Below are positions 47,718 through 58,550 of a DNA stretch of 64,000 nucleotides, piece by piece (within the stretch, counting starts at the first letter, position 1; each line of letters begins with the position of its first letter). This stretch comes from a virus. A program made the translations under genes and the position numbers. Location of the stretch: IMG/VR virus record IMGVR_UViG_3300048914_000176, positions 1-64,000 of that record; one strand, written 5' to 3'. The notes under the pieces are model-generated. The model was not told where the DNA came from. It made no database searches and was given only the letters and a program-made list of their open reading frames with translations.

Positions 47718-49226
47718 ATGGCTCAACCAATTACTTGGCGGGATATTGCTGCACCTAATCTAAGTGGCTCAATTGCCGCTTCTCAGGCTGCTGGTAATCA
47801 GATTACACAGGCACTATCCAACATAGGCACGTTGGGTATGGATTTGCGTGATCAAGCCCGTGCTGACGCTACGAAACGTGCTGTTGCTGGAATTCTTTCC
47901 AGTACTGATCCCAATGCCGCGGCAGCTGGAGTTCAACAGGGTTGGGACATTGATCCGTTAGCAATTGCACAAGCTGCTCGTACTCGAGATAGCCAATTAC
48001 GATCAGACTTAGCGTCTGATGCGTCATTGGAAGCTTCTCGTGTAGCCACTGATGCTAACCGTGCAAATATTGAGCTAGGTAAAACTACGCTCGCCCTTAA
48101 TAAGGCTACGCTTGAAGATCGAACAGCTGAGCGTGAAGCTTCAACCATGTCATCTCCAATGATCGACTCGATCTTGAAGACAGGTAAGTTACCTTCAATC
48201 GACTTGAATCAGGATAATTGGAAGTCTGCTGCTGGTAATAAAGCTTATAAGCAGGTTTTAGATTTCTGGGGTCAGTATCAAGACGATAAGGTTCGAGCTG
48301 AACAGCTTCACTTACAGACTAAAGCCATCCGAGATAAGGAGAACCAGGATGCATTCTTTGGTGCTGCTCGTGAATATGGCGCCTCTGCCGATGGTCAGCT
48401 TGCAGATCCAGCTACTCGGGACCGTTACCTATCGAAGTTGGCTAAATCCTTTAACGTCCCTTCGATTTACGTTGATCAAGCTGCTCAAGTTGCTGAACGT
48501 GGATCACAAGCAAACACTGCAACTCAAGAAGAGCTGGATCAGACGATTCCAGGTGGTACTGATTCAAGCTTTCGAGATGTGAATACCAATCTCGTTCGAC
48601 GTCAAAACGACCTTGAGAAGCAAAAAGCTGCAAAGATCAGTGAATTTGATCGAGCTGTTCGTGGTCAAGAACTCATGCAAGGCACCGTATTTAATGGCCC
48701 GAGTGAGGGACTACCAGGTGAATTGGCTAAGCGTACTGGTTGGGATTTGGATGAAGCTCAAGATCGCATCAACCGTATTCGATCAGAGTATCCAAATATC
48801 ACTGATGCTCAAGCAGCTGATATTGCACTAGCTACTCAAGATCGATGGTTTGATCGTACCGCGGCTCGTAGTCCTGAAGCAGTGTCTCGTGCTGGCGCAT
48901 ACGCTGAGTTTAATAAACTTGGTGGTGCTGCAGGGTTGAATCGAGAAATGGCTAAAGCAGCAGCTCCTTTTGATAAGGAACTGTCTCGTTTACCTATATT
49001 GGCTCGACAGGTTACAGGTGCAGCCCGTGCTGGTGCTCCAGTTCCTGCTGAAGCTCAACGAATTGTGTCGGAATTTGCTAGAGCGGATTCTACTCAAGCT
49101 CGTGAAGTTGAGCGTGCTCAACAACGAGCATTAAAAGCTGCTCAAGAAGAAGCTGCTAAGTCAAATAAAGTTTTGGATGCAATTTCTCAAGCCGCTGAAG
49201 TCGGACTATCGACTTCTCGCCGATAA
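47718..49226 (+). CDS. hypothetical virion protein (Ala/Gln/Arg-rich, helical)
   Basis: 502 aa, immediately upstream of vRNAP. Confidence 0.45.
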   Translation: MAQPITWRDIAAPNLSGSIAASQAAGNQITQALSNIGTLGMDLRDQARADATKRAVAGILSSTDPNAAAAGVQQGWDIDPLAIAQAARTRDSQLRSDLASDASLEASRVATDANRANIELGKTTLALNKATLEDRTAEREASTMSSPMIDSILKTGKLPSIDLNQDNWKSAAGNKAYKQVLDFWGQYQDDKVRAEQLHLQTKAIRDKENQDAFFGAAREYGASADGQLADPATRDRYLSKLAKSFNVPSIYVDQAAQVAERGSQANTATQEELDQTIPGGTDSSFRDVNTNLVRRQNDLEKQKAAKISEFDRAVRGQELMQGTVFNGPSEGLPGELAKRTGWDLDEAQDRINRIRSEYPNITDAQAADIALATQDRWFDRTAARSPEAVSRAGAYAEFNKLGGAAGLNREMAKAAAPFDKELSRLPILARQVTGAARAGAPVPAEAQRIVSEFARADSTQAREVERAQQRALKAAQEEAAKSNKVLDAISQAAEVGLSTSRR

Positions 49227-49240
49227 GCTCATAGACTGCG

Positions 49241-49266
49241 GGGGAGCCTGACAAGCTCCCCTTTTG
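49241..49266 (+). terminator. terminator-like hairpin upstream of vRNAP
   Basis: GGGGAGC ctgacaa GCTCCCC then TTTT. Confidence 0.45.
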
Positions 49267-49281
49267 CACAATGAGGTTAGT

Positions 49282-52200
49282 ATGGCATCGGAAGACATCC
49301 CATTTACGGCTGCTCCGGCTGAAGCTCCAATTGAATTCAGCGCAAACTCAGATGCTGTTGGTGATTTAGCCTCATTTCAATCAGCCAATCTTGCATTAGG
49401 TAATCGCAATACTTTTGGTGATGCTGGTATTGGTATTCTTGATACCTTGCAATCTCTTGGTACTTTGGCACTAGCTCCCCTTCCTGGGTATGAGCTACAA
49501 GATGCTGCTTCAAATTCACAATTTTTGGATCAATTTCGTTCACCAGCCTATCTTGCTACTCGAGATTTGCTATCACTAAACAATGATCCAAATGCTGGCT
49601 TTATTGATGGAGCATTGGATGCCGGTGAAGACATCCTTACAGGTGGCAATATCATTGCTGATGCTACAGCTCAACTTCCATATCTTGCAATGGGTCCAGC
49701 TGCTCGATTAGCAGGTGTTGCTCGTGCTGAAAAAATAGCAGGTGTTCTTGGTAAAGTAGCCCGACTCACTGCCGGTACAAATGAAACAGCAGTAGTTAAC
49801 CGGCTTGCTGCTATTTCTGGTTTGGTTGAAGGTGGTAGTGCTTATGGTCAAACCTATCAACGTGCCTTAGATCAAACAGGTGATGCTTCGATTGCTGAAG
49901 ACCAAGCATTAAAAGCAGCTGCTGTTTCCACTGTATTAGGTGCTGTGCTTGGTCGTGCAACGCCTGCATTTGAACTACATCCAACTGGAACACGATTAAG
50001 TTCTGTTGCATCTCATCTATCTGCTATTGGTGGTGAAGCCATTGTTGAAGAAGGTGGATTGGCTATTGGTCAAACTGTTACAGATAACATTTTGGCTGGT
50101 AAAGACCCGATGGATAGTGTTGGTGAATCCTTCGGTCAAGCTGTTGCTATTAGTGGTGCATTCTCTGGTGCTCTACGTGCTCCAGGAACTGTACTTGCTG
50201 TATCGAAAGATATTGGTCAAGGGGTGTTGAATGGCATTGATGCCTTGGCTGATCGGGCAGTGACGCCTGAACGTGCTGCTGTGGATGCTGCTGAGAAAGC
50301 CACTCAGGAACAGACCCCAGCTTCACAGCCTTCTCCTGAACCAACTCCAGTACAAGCCACAGAAGAAACTCCTGCTCCAACAGAAGTTAAAACTGCCACT
50401 ACAGTTGAACAACCTGTTGTTGAATCTGAATCGGATCAATTGTCACCGTATTTTCCTAATCCAAGACCGTTTGTTCCTAATACTAAGCAAGAATCAGACA
50501 CTCCGTCACAGACCGAACAATCTGTGCCAAAAGAAGTTACTTCTCGAAGTGCCACAATTCGTGCTGTATTGGTTGATGCAAACAATGATGCATTGATTGA
50601 AAATACTACTGGTGAAGAACAAGCTGCCGCTTTAGCTCGTAAAGAAGAATTTGCTCCAACTGTCAAAAAAGCGCAGGAGGTGATCCAAAATCTATCTGCT
50701 GAACGTGTGGAAACGATTGCCACACTCGCAGAAGAGGGTAATCAAGAAGCACAACAAGCAGTTGAGGCAATTCAACGCACCGATATCTCGAAGCTTCCCG
50801 AGAAATCGGTGCCTAAATTTCTTCGTCCCATAGCTCAAAAGATAAAAGAAGTCAAAGAGCTTGGATTGGATAAAACCACAAATGAAATCCTCGAAGATGG
50901 TTTCAATAGTGCATCTGATAGCCGCGGTATTGCTGGCTATCTGCAAGGCTTGGTCAACCTGAATACCATTGGTGTTCAGCGTCCAAATCAAACTTCGGCT
51001 GAGCTAGAACGCTTTGTTACTCATCTCCAGAATCGCGCACAGGCTTTCCAAGCTGCGCTCAATGATCCTGGCATCCATGTTCCGGTCACTGGTACAAAGA
51101 CACGCACAGCGAAGGGTGGGCTTACTGACAAGCCATTTATCATCCACAAGACCAACAAAAACTCGATGGCCACTGTGCAACGTGTGTTTGACGATGCGAA
51201 GCGTGCTCAGGAAGCATTGGATGTAGCTAGAAAGTCATTCCCTGGAATGTTTCCGGAACAGCAGGCTGTGGTTCCTGTCGCAACACAACCTGTTCCCACT
51301 GTTCCTGTAGCTACTCAATCTGATTCAATCGATTTGATTGATGATGAAGTACCATTACCGAATCTGAATGCTGATGAGCCAACTGATGCTCAACAGCCTG
51401 AACAAACCCCTGCTGTCAAAGTGGCTTCAACCACCGGTGAGAAACCTTCGCCTGTTGGTAAGACGACGCTATACCGCGGTGTTCCTAATGGTATCGATGC
51501 TGATGCACCGACCAAAACTGGGCTGCTGTTCTACGCTGATACGAAGAAAGACGCTGCCGAATATGCTGGTGAAGGTAGTGAAGTGCTGGAAAAGCCAGCT
51601 GATCTCACTCCAGAAAACACTGACACATTTTACAACCGTGCTCAGTTCCTTGCTGAGAATGGCTTGGATCAAAATGCTCCTGGTGGACTAGACCCATCTG
51701 CATTATATGCAGCTGCTCGTAATTACTTCGCTAAGCCAGGTGCAAAACCTTGGATTCAGTTTGCATATCCTGAACTAGATGGTCAGCGTGAATTTATTCA
51801 TAAACCATCTTTAGAAACTTCTACTGTTGAAGTGGCTACTGCTACTCCACCAGATAGTCTTAATGCTTCTGTGATTGAAAATCGTGAAGATCAGTTTGCA
51901 CAGTTCAATGGTGTTAATCGCTTTACAGAAAGTTTCAATCCTACCGGTAGTGGCTTATTGACCACTCGCTATAGTGGTTTGATCGAAGCATTAAATAACG
52001 GTAGTGAAGATGATAAACGTGCTGCTGAGCACCTCAATAAGGTTGTACCAAACCTTATCGAAGCTTTGAACAACTACGTACAAAAAGTGTTAAACAGTCC
52101 TGTCAGCAAGAATGATAAGACATTGTTGAAAGATGCGTTGAGAAATAACCAACCGTTCTCCGACTACACCAATTATGTGTGGGTGCATTTACTATCGAAA

Positions 52201-55200
52201 ACTGCAACTGGTTATGAACTCAACCCAGCTGTTGTCGAGGCTGCTGCTGTTAGTGCCGTGATGCAGCTAACTCGTGGAGCTTTCCAACGTTCAACTAATG
52301 AAGTGAGTGAAACAACTGATGGCCTCTATTATCAGTGGTTAAACAATGTTGGCCAGGATTCAATGCGAATTCTTGGAACCACTGCAGATCAGAATGCTTC
52401 ATTAACACTTACTGATGGTATTCCTAAAGCATTAGCAGCTACTGTGCTTCAGGTGTTAGCTGATGAAGGTGATATCACAATCAATACGTTAAAAACTTCA
52501 GACAATCTCACATTGAAAAATATTGTGATGAACGAGAATACTGCTACGTTCTTTCGTTCATTCCCAGCATTCCCTGAAGTAATGCGTAAATTTATTGGTG
52601 ATGCTGAAGATGACACCATTCATTATGGTTCACCTCCAACAGCAATTAATGAACGCTATCGCAATTCTCGTACTAAGATTAGTGATACGCAACGTACAGC
52701 CTTAGAGAACCGACAGAAAGTTGCTCACTATCGCAACTTAAATTTTATGAATGTACTTAACGCGTTAGGTGATACATACACCAAACTCGTTACTGGTTTT
52801 GCTGAAGTGAGTGATGACAAGCAATTGAACGAAGTGAGTAGTTCTCTTGTTATTGGCATGCGTGGTGAATTAAATGCTGTCACTCAATACAACGCTGGCC
52901 TTGAGCTTCACGCTAAGGAAGCTGGTGTTGATGCGAATGGTGTGCCTGTATATTTCAGTTACGAAATTCTTCGTAACGGCCGTTCATTCTCTGGTTACAG
53001 TCCACAGACTAAAAAGACCTTACGTGAATTTCTAAGTGTATCCAAGCAAACACTCGATTTGACCAATCCTACTCAGAAACGAATGTTGCAGATTGCAATT
53101 GCTCAATCTCTCGGTATTAAAACCGATGTCAATACGCATGATGAAATCATCGCTAAATTGAATCAGATGATTCCATCTGTTACTGATAAGGCACTTGCAT
53201 TACACCTGGTATCGCAAGGTGAAACTGTGCCTGAATTGGCTCAGCTTATGGATCGTGATGGTTTATATGAACCAAAAGAAATTCATGGTTTGATGATACT
53301 TGGCAAAATGCTTGTTGATCCAAACAACAAAGCTTTTGAAAATACGCTTACATTTGAAATTGACGGTAAAACTAATGGTCCTTTCATGGCCGAGCTTTTG
53401 TTCGGTTTGCATTCATTAGATAAGCAAAGCCAAAAAAATCTGGAACAGGGTGGGTTCTTCTTTGGTGTGGAAGGTGAAACGTTGGCTACGATGCGAGATT
53501 CGCTTCGTGAGAAATATGGTAGCGGTGATTTGTATGAGCGTGTTGCGAAGAATACGACAGCTTTGCATAGCCCAATTTTAGCTCTGGCTGGCTTTACCAG
53601 TGAAAATGGTGATGTCACTCGATCTGCAGCAAAAGAAGCTGTCACTCCGCTCGTATATGGAAGCGGTATTAACAGTCTTGGTGCTGTATTTGCTGCTCGT
53701 ATTAACAATGGACTTACTGAACGTTTACGTCTTGCAATCAAGCATAATGATACGAAGCTTGCTGCTCAATTACGTGGTTATATTGGTTCAAGCGATATCG
53801 TTGAACTTGGTGAACAGCTTGCTGAAGAACTTGGTAATAGCTACTCCACTGAAAAACCGCAGGTCACTTACACGAATCAATTGATGGTTGCTGCAACAGC
53901 TCTTCACGCAGGTGTGCGTAAAGCTCTATTTGAACGTCAAGTAGCTGAACGATTGAAACAAAAGCGTGCTAATGGCGAATTGCCGAAGCAATACGATCTA
54001 TCTCGTGCTGATTACAATAAAATTCTTCGTAGCTTGCCGAATACTGAAGTGACAATTCCTGGAATGGGAACTGTTGCAGTAGGTGAAAGTGCCAACACTG
54101 GTCGTTCAACTACTCGTGTTGAAGGCGCTGGTAAGGTGAACTCAGTTCAGATCTCGATGCCTGAGATTGAGAATCCTGGTGTGTCAATCCTAGCACTGAG
54201 TACTATTGCTGGTGGTGATGCTTCAATGGGTAATACACTGTTCCAAAATCAGGAACAAGTGCTTGACGTGTATGACGGTATCGAAATTCCTGTTACTGAA
54301 ATTGATCAGATTGGTCAGAAATTGAATGCTGTTGTTTGGTCTTCAGCTTCGGACAGTATTGTCGATAGTTATGCACCTCTGTTGGATTGGGTAATTGAGA
54401 ATGAGACTGAACTTAATAATGAAGAGCTTTCGAAAACTCTTAGTCGTTTACGTAAACGTTTTGGTGTAAGCACTAACGTTGAAGCGGTGAAGTCACTGAA
54501 AAATGAACTAGCTCATATATCTGAAAAGATTAAGGCTGGACGTGCTCGTATTTCAGCTAAACCTTCATCTCTTAATCAAATGTCTGGTGCAGCTACTGCA
54601 TTCACTACTCCTGGTAATGACACTGTTCGTACTGAACCTGCCACACGCACTGTCCGTGATGGTTGGAATACTAAAATCGAAGCTGGCTTTGATGCAGCCA
54701 ATGGTGTTCTTAATCGTGAGGGTGTTACAGCTTTATTGGATGGTCACAAATGGACCAATCCAATTCACCGAGCTGTATGGGGTAAACTTCGCAGCATCCT
54801 GCCTGAAACATTAAATGTTTCCTTAGCTAAGGATGAAGCTGCTTGGAATCAACTAAATGAAGTTGGCGATAATGGTTATACCTACGGTTCAGTAAAGGGT
54901 TTGAGTTTTAGTGACAGTGGTAAGATTTTGTTGGCTTCTACTGATCCAACAACTCTTTTGCATGAACTCATCCATCAAGTAATTTCAGGAAACATCACGC
55001 AGTATTTTTCAAACATCAATGCTGTTTCTGTTGAGCTTCGTCAACCGATTAATGATCTCACTCAGCTATTGAAACGCTTTCTAGCTATTAAGTCGAATGA
55101 TGCTACTTTAGCTTCTGCTCAAGGTTTCATTCGTAATCTTAAAGCTAAAGGCGATATGGCTGGTGCAGTGGATGAGATGATTGCTCATGTCCTTACTAAT

Positions 55201-58200
55201 GAAGATGTAATCAATGCAGTGATGCCTAGTTTGTTCCAGCGTGTTGTTCTTCGAGTTAAACAGATACTCAGTTCGCTATTCGGCAAACAACCTGATTCGT
55301 TTGTAAACGAAGTATTGGCTGCATTTAACAGTTTGGCTGCTGGTCCGCGTATAGAGGTTAGTTCTGGTATTCGTACTTCACCATTGCATGATGCTACCGC
55401 GGCAGTATTTGCCATCATTGGTCAGAAAGTGGCCAATGGTCAAATTAGTAATAAAGTACCGAAGGTAAAGGATAGTGGCCTAGATAAAGTGACAGGCACT
55501 TACAACCTCGATGTTGAACAGAAGCGCATTTACAACCGTGTATGGATGTTGCTTCGGATGGATAATCGTTCTGGCATCGTTGAGCAATTTGCTTCAACTG
55601 TACTAAACCATCATCCGAATGCTTCAGTATTCAACGGCACACTCGATGCTGTTGCCTCAGTTATGGCTCTGGCAGCAGTGGATGACACCTTCCGAGCACA
55701 AGCTGATGCGATTTGGGCTAAACACTCCAATCAACCCAACACCGTTGCCGGTGTTGTTGATTCTGCCCTTAATAAAGCTGCTATTACTGATGCCAACTCA
55801 ATCTTATTGAATGCATTTGATGTGATGAGACAGGAAGGCGAATACAACCTATCCTTCCTTGGTACTGCTACGAAGCGCCTAGATCGAATGGGTAATGAAT
55901 GGTTGGAACGGATTGGTGAAAAGGCTTATCAGATTGCCCAGACAGCTCCGAAAGGTATTGCTGAATTGGCTCAAGCTATTCACGCATTAACCACGGAGGA
56001 CGGTGCTGAGGCATTTGCTAAAGCAACCACCACCATGACCAACCTCACTGATGCTCGTTGGGCACAGGACTTGGTAGCAGCTCTGGTTGGCTCGCAAAAA
56101 GATACGAATGAGGTGTATCGCCAACTTTCTGCTATGAAGAGTGGTGTGGCACAAACACGTTCATTGTTCACCATCACACTGCCAGGTCAGCTCAAAAAGC
56201 TTTTCCCTGAAGGCTTTGATGGTTGGAGCCATCTGTTTAAACACTTCGGTCGTATCGATGCTGGTGTCCTTGGCTCATCTGCTGCTGAAATGTTCAGTGA
56301 CGATGCTGCACGAGCAAAGAACATCAAAGCACTTGAATCGCGTGTAAACGCATTGGATGCCAAAAACCTTGCTCACTACATGGTTCATGGCACCACAATG
56401 AAAAACAATCCCCGTCCTCTGCTCCGTAATGCTCGAGCCATTGCAGATGAGCTTAATGACACTCCACGAATTGCTACTGACACACAAGTTGCTGATGCTG
56501 ATCAGCTTGTCACCCTTTATGCCATCGATATGTTGGCTAAGGTTGACAGAGCGCGTATTGCTGGCTACTTCACTACTCATCCTGAAGCTATGAACAACCT
56601 TGTTGGCATGCTGCAGAAAGTGAATGCTGAAGAAATGAAACAGTATCAAGACACTCACCGTTACCTTTACTGGAAGGGTGCATTGCCACTGTCCACCGAT
56701 CCACGTATGTCGATTGTGATTGCCGGTGCTGTGAAGGGCGCTGAGCTTGAGGCACTTGGTTATAAGCGAGTGAAGAAATACCAGTCTTCGCATAACGATC
56801 CTGCGAATGACATGTATTACTACACCCGTGATAACGCACCGCCTCCAACCTTTACGCAGGGTGTGATTGCCACTGTTCAACAGACAGCAATGGGCATCAA
56901 TTACGTTACGTCAGCTTCGATCAGCCCTGAAGTGGGCACCATGATCACAAGCCCACGTCTAGTTGAATACATCAAGAACAACACTGCTGCTGGTTCAAAT
57001 CTTGTCCCAATGTTTAATTACCAGGGCGAGATTGTTGGTTATGAGCGCTTATTAGACCGTAAGTTTGTGTTGGAACAAACACACAGTGACAACACCATGT
57101 TGCATATTGCAATTGGACATAAACTTGGACGCATCACTGAAGAGAATATGGCTAAGCGCTTTAATCAAGAAGCTATTGGCATCCTCGTACGTCAATGGGA
57201 AGAAGGGAAGAAAAATGGAGATGAGAGTCAATACGAGGCTGTCAATCAATCCAAGGACAGACAGATTGAACGAGCATGGGAAATTGTCCCTGCTGATATG
57301 AAGAAAGCGCTTGAAGAAGCTTTCGGTGGGAAAGTGATGATTCGAAAAGATTTGATCTCCAACACCCTTGGCTATCACCAAGCTGGTGTAGGTGACATTA
57401 TCACTGGTAATGCGTCCATCGGTGAACAAACACGACTTGCTCTGTTTGGCTTGGCTCAAGCTGTAATGGGACCACAAGCTGCACAAGTGCTGTTTACTGC
57501 TGAGTCTGCAATTAAGGAAGGAGTTGCTACTGCAAAGGATTGGATTATTGTGCGTTCATTGTCAGTTGCATTAAGCAATGCAATGGCGTCACTCAATCTT
57601 GTTGTAGCTAATGGAGTTCCGTTGAAGGAAATCTTCAACAGCTATCGAGAGGGTATTCGGGATATCCGTGACTATTCTCGCCTTAACAAAGAGATCATTG
57701 AGCTTACGATAAAGATCGCTGGCGTTAACGGCCGTGAAAAGGACCGTTTGCGTACCATCCAACGAGGTAAATATGAGGCTATACGTCGTTTGGCTATCTA
57801 TCCTTTGATCGAGGCCGGCGAACTTAGCGATTTGCCAGAAGGCTTGGAAGAGACACCAAGCCACAGTTTTGCTGGTGATTTCGCGGGGTGGTTGAATAAT
57901 CATCTTCGAAAGATCCATCCAAAGACCCCGGACATCGTGGCCAATGCAATTATTGCTAAGGATACTGCTGTTCATGATGCGATCTCTAAAGCTATTCAGG
58001 CCGGTGATTTCTTGGGTAAATGGGCTGTTTACAAACATATGGTTCGTAGTGGTAAGAGTCCCGAAGTTGCTCGAGACACAATACGAGAAGAATTTATTGC
58101 CTACTCTACGAATCCAGGACGGTTCCGCGGTGCACTTGAGGACTTTGGTGTAGTGTGGTGGAGCCAATTTACGTTACGAGCTCAGAAAGTAATGCTGAGA

Positions 58201-58368
58201 CGTTTACGTAAAAATCCATTCAGCTTCTTCGTAAGCACACTGGCTTCGAATCTTGGTACTGACGGTCCAGCTGATGCTGTTATTTGGGAACGTGGATGGG
58301 ATAATTCGACTGGATTGGACAATGTACCTAATGCAGCAAGTGCACACATTTGGTCAAAGATCTTCTAA
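49282..58368 (+). CDS. virion-encapsidated RNA polymerase (N4 vRNAP gp50-like), ~3030 aa
   Basis: Giant ORF at the end of the late operon. Contains T7-type motif B RSAAKEAVTPLVYGSG (nt ~53621..53668), motif-A-like EIDGKTNGPF, and motif-C-like VYDGIEIP. Start set at the ATG with SD GAGG; the ORF table uses an upstream TTG at 49264. Confidence 0.75.
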   Translation: MASEDIPFTAAPAEAPIEFSANSDAVGDLASFQSANLALGNRNTFGDAGIGILDTLQSLGTLALAPLPGYELQDAASNSQFLDQFRSPAYLATRDLLSLNNDPNAGFIDGALDAGEDILTGGNIIADATAQLPYLAMGPAARLAGVARAEKIAGVLGKVARLTAGTNETAVVNRLAAISGLVEGGSAYGQTYQRALDQTGDASIAEDQALKAAAVSTVLGAVLGRATPAFELHPTGTRLSSVASHLSAIGGEAIVEEGGLAIGQTVTDNILAGKDPMDSVGESFGQAVAISGAFSGALRAPGTVLAVSKDIGQGVLNGIDALADRAVTPERAAVDAAEKATQEQTPASQPSPEPTPVQATEETPAPTEVKTATTVEQPVVESESDQLSPYFPNPRPFVPNTKQESDTPSQTEQSVPKEVTSRSATIRAVLVDANNDALIENTTGEEQAAALARKEEFAPTVKKAQEVIQNLSAERVETIATLAEEGNQEAQQAVEAIQRTDISKLPEKSVPKFLRPIAQKIKEVKELGLDKTTNEILEDGFNSASDSRGIAGYLQGLVNLNTIGVQRPNQTSAELERFVTHLQNRAQAFQAALNDPGIHVPVTGTKTRTAKGGLTDKPFIIHKTNKNSMATVQRVFDDAKRAQEALDVARKSFPGMFPEQQAVVPVATQPVPTVPVATQSDSIDLIDDEVPLPNLNADEPTDAQQPEQTPAVKVASTTGEKPSPVGKTTLYRGVPNGIDADAPTKTGLLFYADTKKDAAEYAGEGSEVLEKPADLTPENTDTFYNRAQFLAENGLDQNAPGGLDPSALYAAARNYFAKPGAKPWIQFAYPELDGQREFIHKPSLETSTVEVATATPPDSLNASVIENREDQFAQFNGVNRFTESFNPTGSGLLTTRYSGLIEALNNGSEDDKRAAEHLNKVVPNLIEALNNYVQKVLNSPVSKNDKTLLKDALRNNQPFSDYTNYVWVHLLSKTATGYELNPAVVEAAAVSAVMQLTRGAFQRSTNEVSETTDGLYYQWLNNVGQDSMRILGTTADQNASLTLTDGIPKALAATVLQVLADEGDITINTLKTSDNLTLKNIVMNENTATFFRSFPAFPEVMRKFIGDAEDDTIHYGSPPTAINERYRNSRTKISDTQRTALENRQKVAHYRNLNFMNVLNALGDTYTKLVTGFAEVSDDKQLNEVSSSLVIGMRGELNAVTQYNAGLELHAKEAGVDANGVPVYFSYEILRNGRSFSGYSPQTKKTLREFLSVSKQTLDLTNPTQKRMLQIAIAQSLGIKTDVNTHDEIIAKLNQMIPSVTDKALALHLVSQGETVPELAQLMDRDGLYEPKEIHGLMILGKMLVDPNNKAFENTLTFEIDGKTNGPFMAELLFGLHSLDKQSQKNLEQGGFFFGVEGETLATMRDSLREKYGSGDLYERVAKNTTALHSPILALAGFTSENGDVTRSAAKEAVTPLVYGSGINSLGAVFAARINNGLTERLRLAIKHNDTKLAAQLRGYIGSSDIVELGEQLAEELGNSYSTEKPQVTYTNQLMVAATALHAGVRKALFERQVAERLKQKRANGELPKQYDLSRADYNKILRSLPNTEVTIPGMGTVAVGESANTGRSTTRVEGAGKVNSVQISMPEIENPGVSILALSTIAGGDASMGNTLFQNQEQVLDVYDGIEIPVTEIDQIGQKLNAVVWSSASDSIVDSYAPLLDWVIENETELNNEELSKTLSRLRKRFGVSTNVEAVKSLKNELAHISEKIKAGRARISAKPSSLNQMSGAATAFTTPGNDTVRTEPATRTVRDGWNTKIEAGFDAANGVLNREGVTALLDGHKWTNPIHRAVWGKLRSILPETLNVSLAKDEAAWNQLNEVGDNGYTYGSVKGLSFSDSGKILLASTDPTTLLHELIHQVISGNITQYFSNINAVSVELRQPINDLTQLLKRFLAIKSNDATLASAQGFIRNLKAKGDMAGAVDEMIAHVLTNEDVINAVMPSLFQRVVLRVKQILSSLFGKQPDSFVNEVLAAFNSLAAGPRIEVSSGIRTSPLHDATAAVFAIIGQKVANGQISNKVPKVKDSGLDKVTGTYNLDVEQKRIYNRVWMLLRMDNRSGIVEQFASTVLNHHPNASVFNGTLDAVASVMALAAVDDTFRAQADAIWAKHSNQPNTVAGVVDSALNKAAITDANSILLNAFDVMRQEGEYNLSFLGTATKRLDRMGNEWLERIGEKAYQIAQTAPKGIAELAQAIHALTTEDGAEAFAKATTTMTNLTDARWAQDLVAALVGSQKDTNEVYRQLSAMKSGVAQTRSLFTITLPGQLKKLFPEGFDGWSHLFKHFGRIDAGVLGSSAAEMFSDDAARAKNIKALESRVNALDAKNLAHYMVHGTTMKNNPRPLLRNARAIADELNDTPRIATDTQVADADQLVTLYAIDMLAKVDRARIAGYFTTHPEAMNNLVGMLQKVNAEEMKQYQDTHRYLYWKGALPLSTDPRMSIVIAGAVKGAELEALGYKRVKKYQSSHNDPANDMYYYTRDNAPPPTFTQGVIATVQQTAMGINYVTSASISPEVGTMITSPRLVEYIKNNTAAGSNLVPMFNYQGEIVGYERLLDRKFVLEQTHSDNTMLHIAIGHKLGRITEENMAKRFNQEAIGILVRQWEEGKKNGDESQYEAVNQSKDRQIERAWEIVPADMKKALEEAFGGKVMIRKDLISNTLGYHQAGVGDIITGNASIGEQTRLALFGLAQAVMGPQAAQVLFTAESAIKEGVATAKDWIIVRSLSVALSNAMASLNLVVANGVPLKEIFNSYREGIRDIRDYSRLNKEIIELTIKIAGVNGREKDRLRTIQRGKYEAIRRLAIYPLIEAGELSDLPEGLEETPSHSFAGDFAGWLNNHLRKIHPKTPDIVANAIIAKDTAVHDAISKAIQAGDFLGKWAVYKHMVRSGKSPEVARDTIREEFIAYSTNPGRFRGALEDFGVVWWSQFTLRAQKVMLRRLRKNPFSFFVSTLASNLGTDGPADAVIWERGWDNSTGLDNVPNAASAHIWSKIF

Positions 58369-58550
58369 TACATGAAAAGGAAATCTCGGGCTATGAAAAA
58401 CCATAGCCCGATGGACCCAAGTGAAACGAGGATAAGAATCACTCGAGCGGCCCAGTGGGCCTTTCCTGAAGGAGCAGTAGCAATAAGTAACGCAATGATT
58501 GCAACAAGTGCATGTGTTAACAAAAGTGTAACGTTACTTATGGTAAACAT
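58365..58550 (-). CDS. small two-TM membrane protein (uncertain)
   Basis: 61 aa hydrophobic ORF coupled to the upstream gene. Contains a hairpin at 58394..58420 that could instead act as a terminator. Confidence 0.2.
   Translation of the reverse strand: MFTISNVTLLLTHALVAIIALLIATAPSGKAHWAARVILILVSLGSIGLWFFIARDFLFMY

Noticed and set aside
56275-56880. 201-aa antisense ORF inside vRNAP, along with other antisense ORFs in 49337..58167
   Set aside because: All lie within the giant vRNAP ORF, which has the RNAP motif B. They are antisense artefacts.
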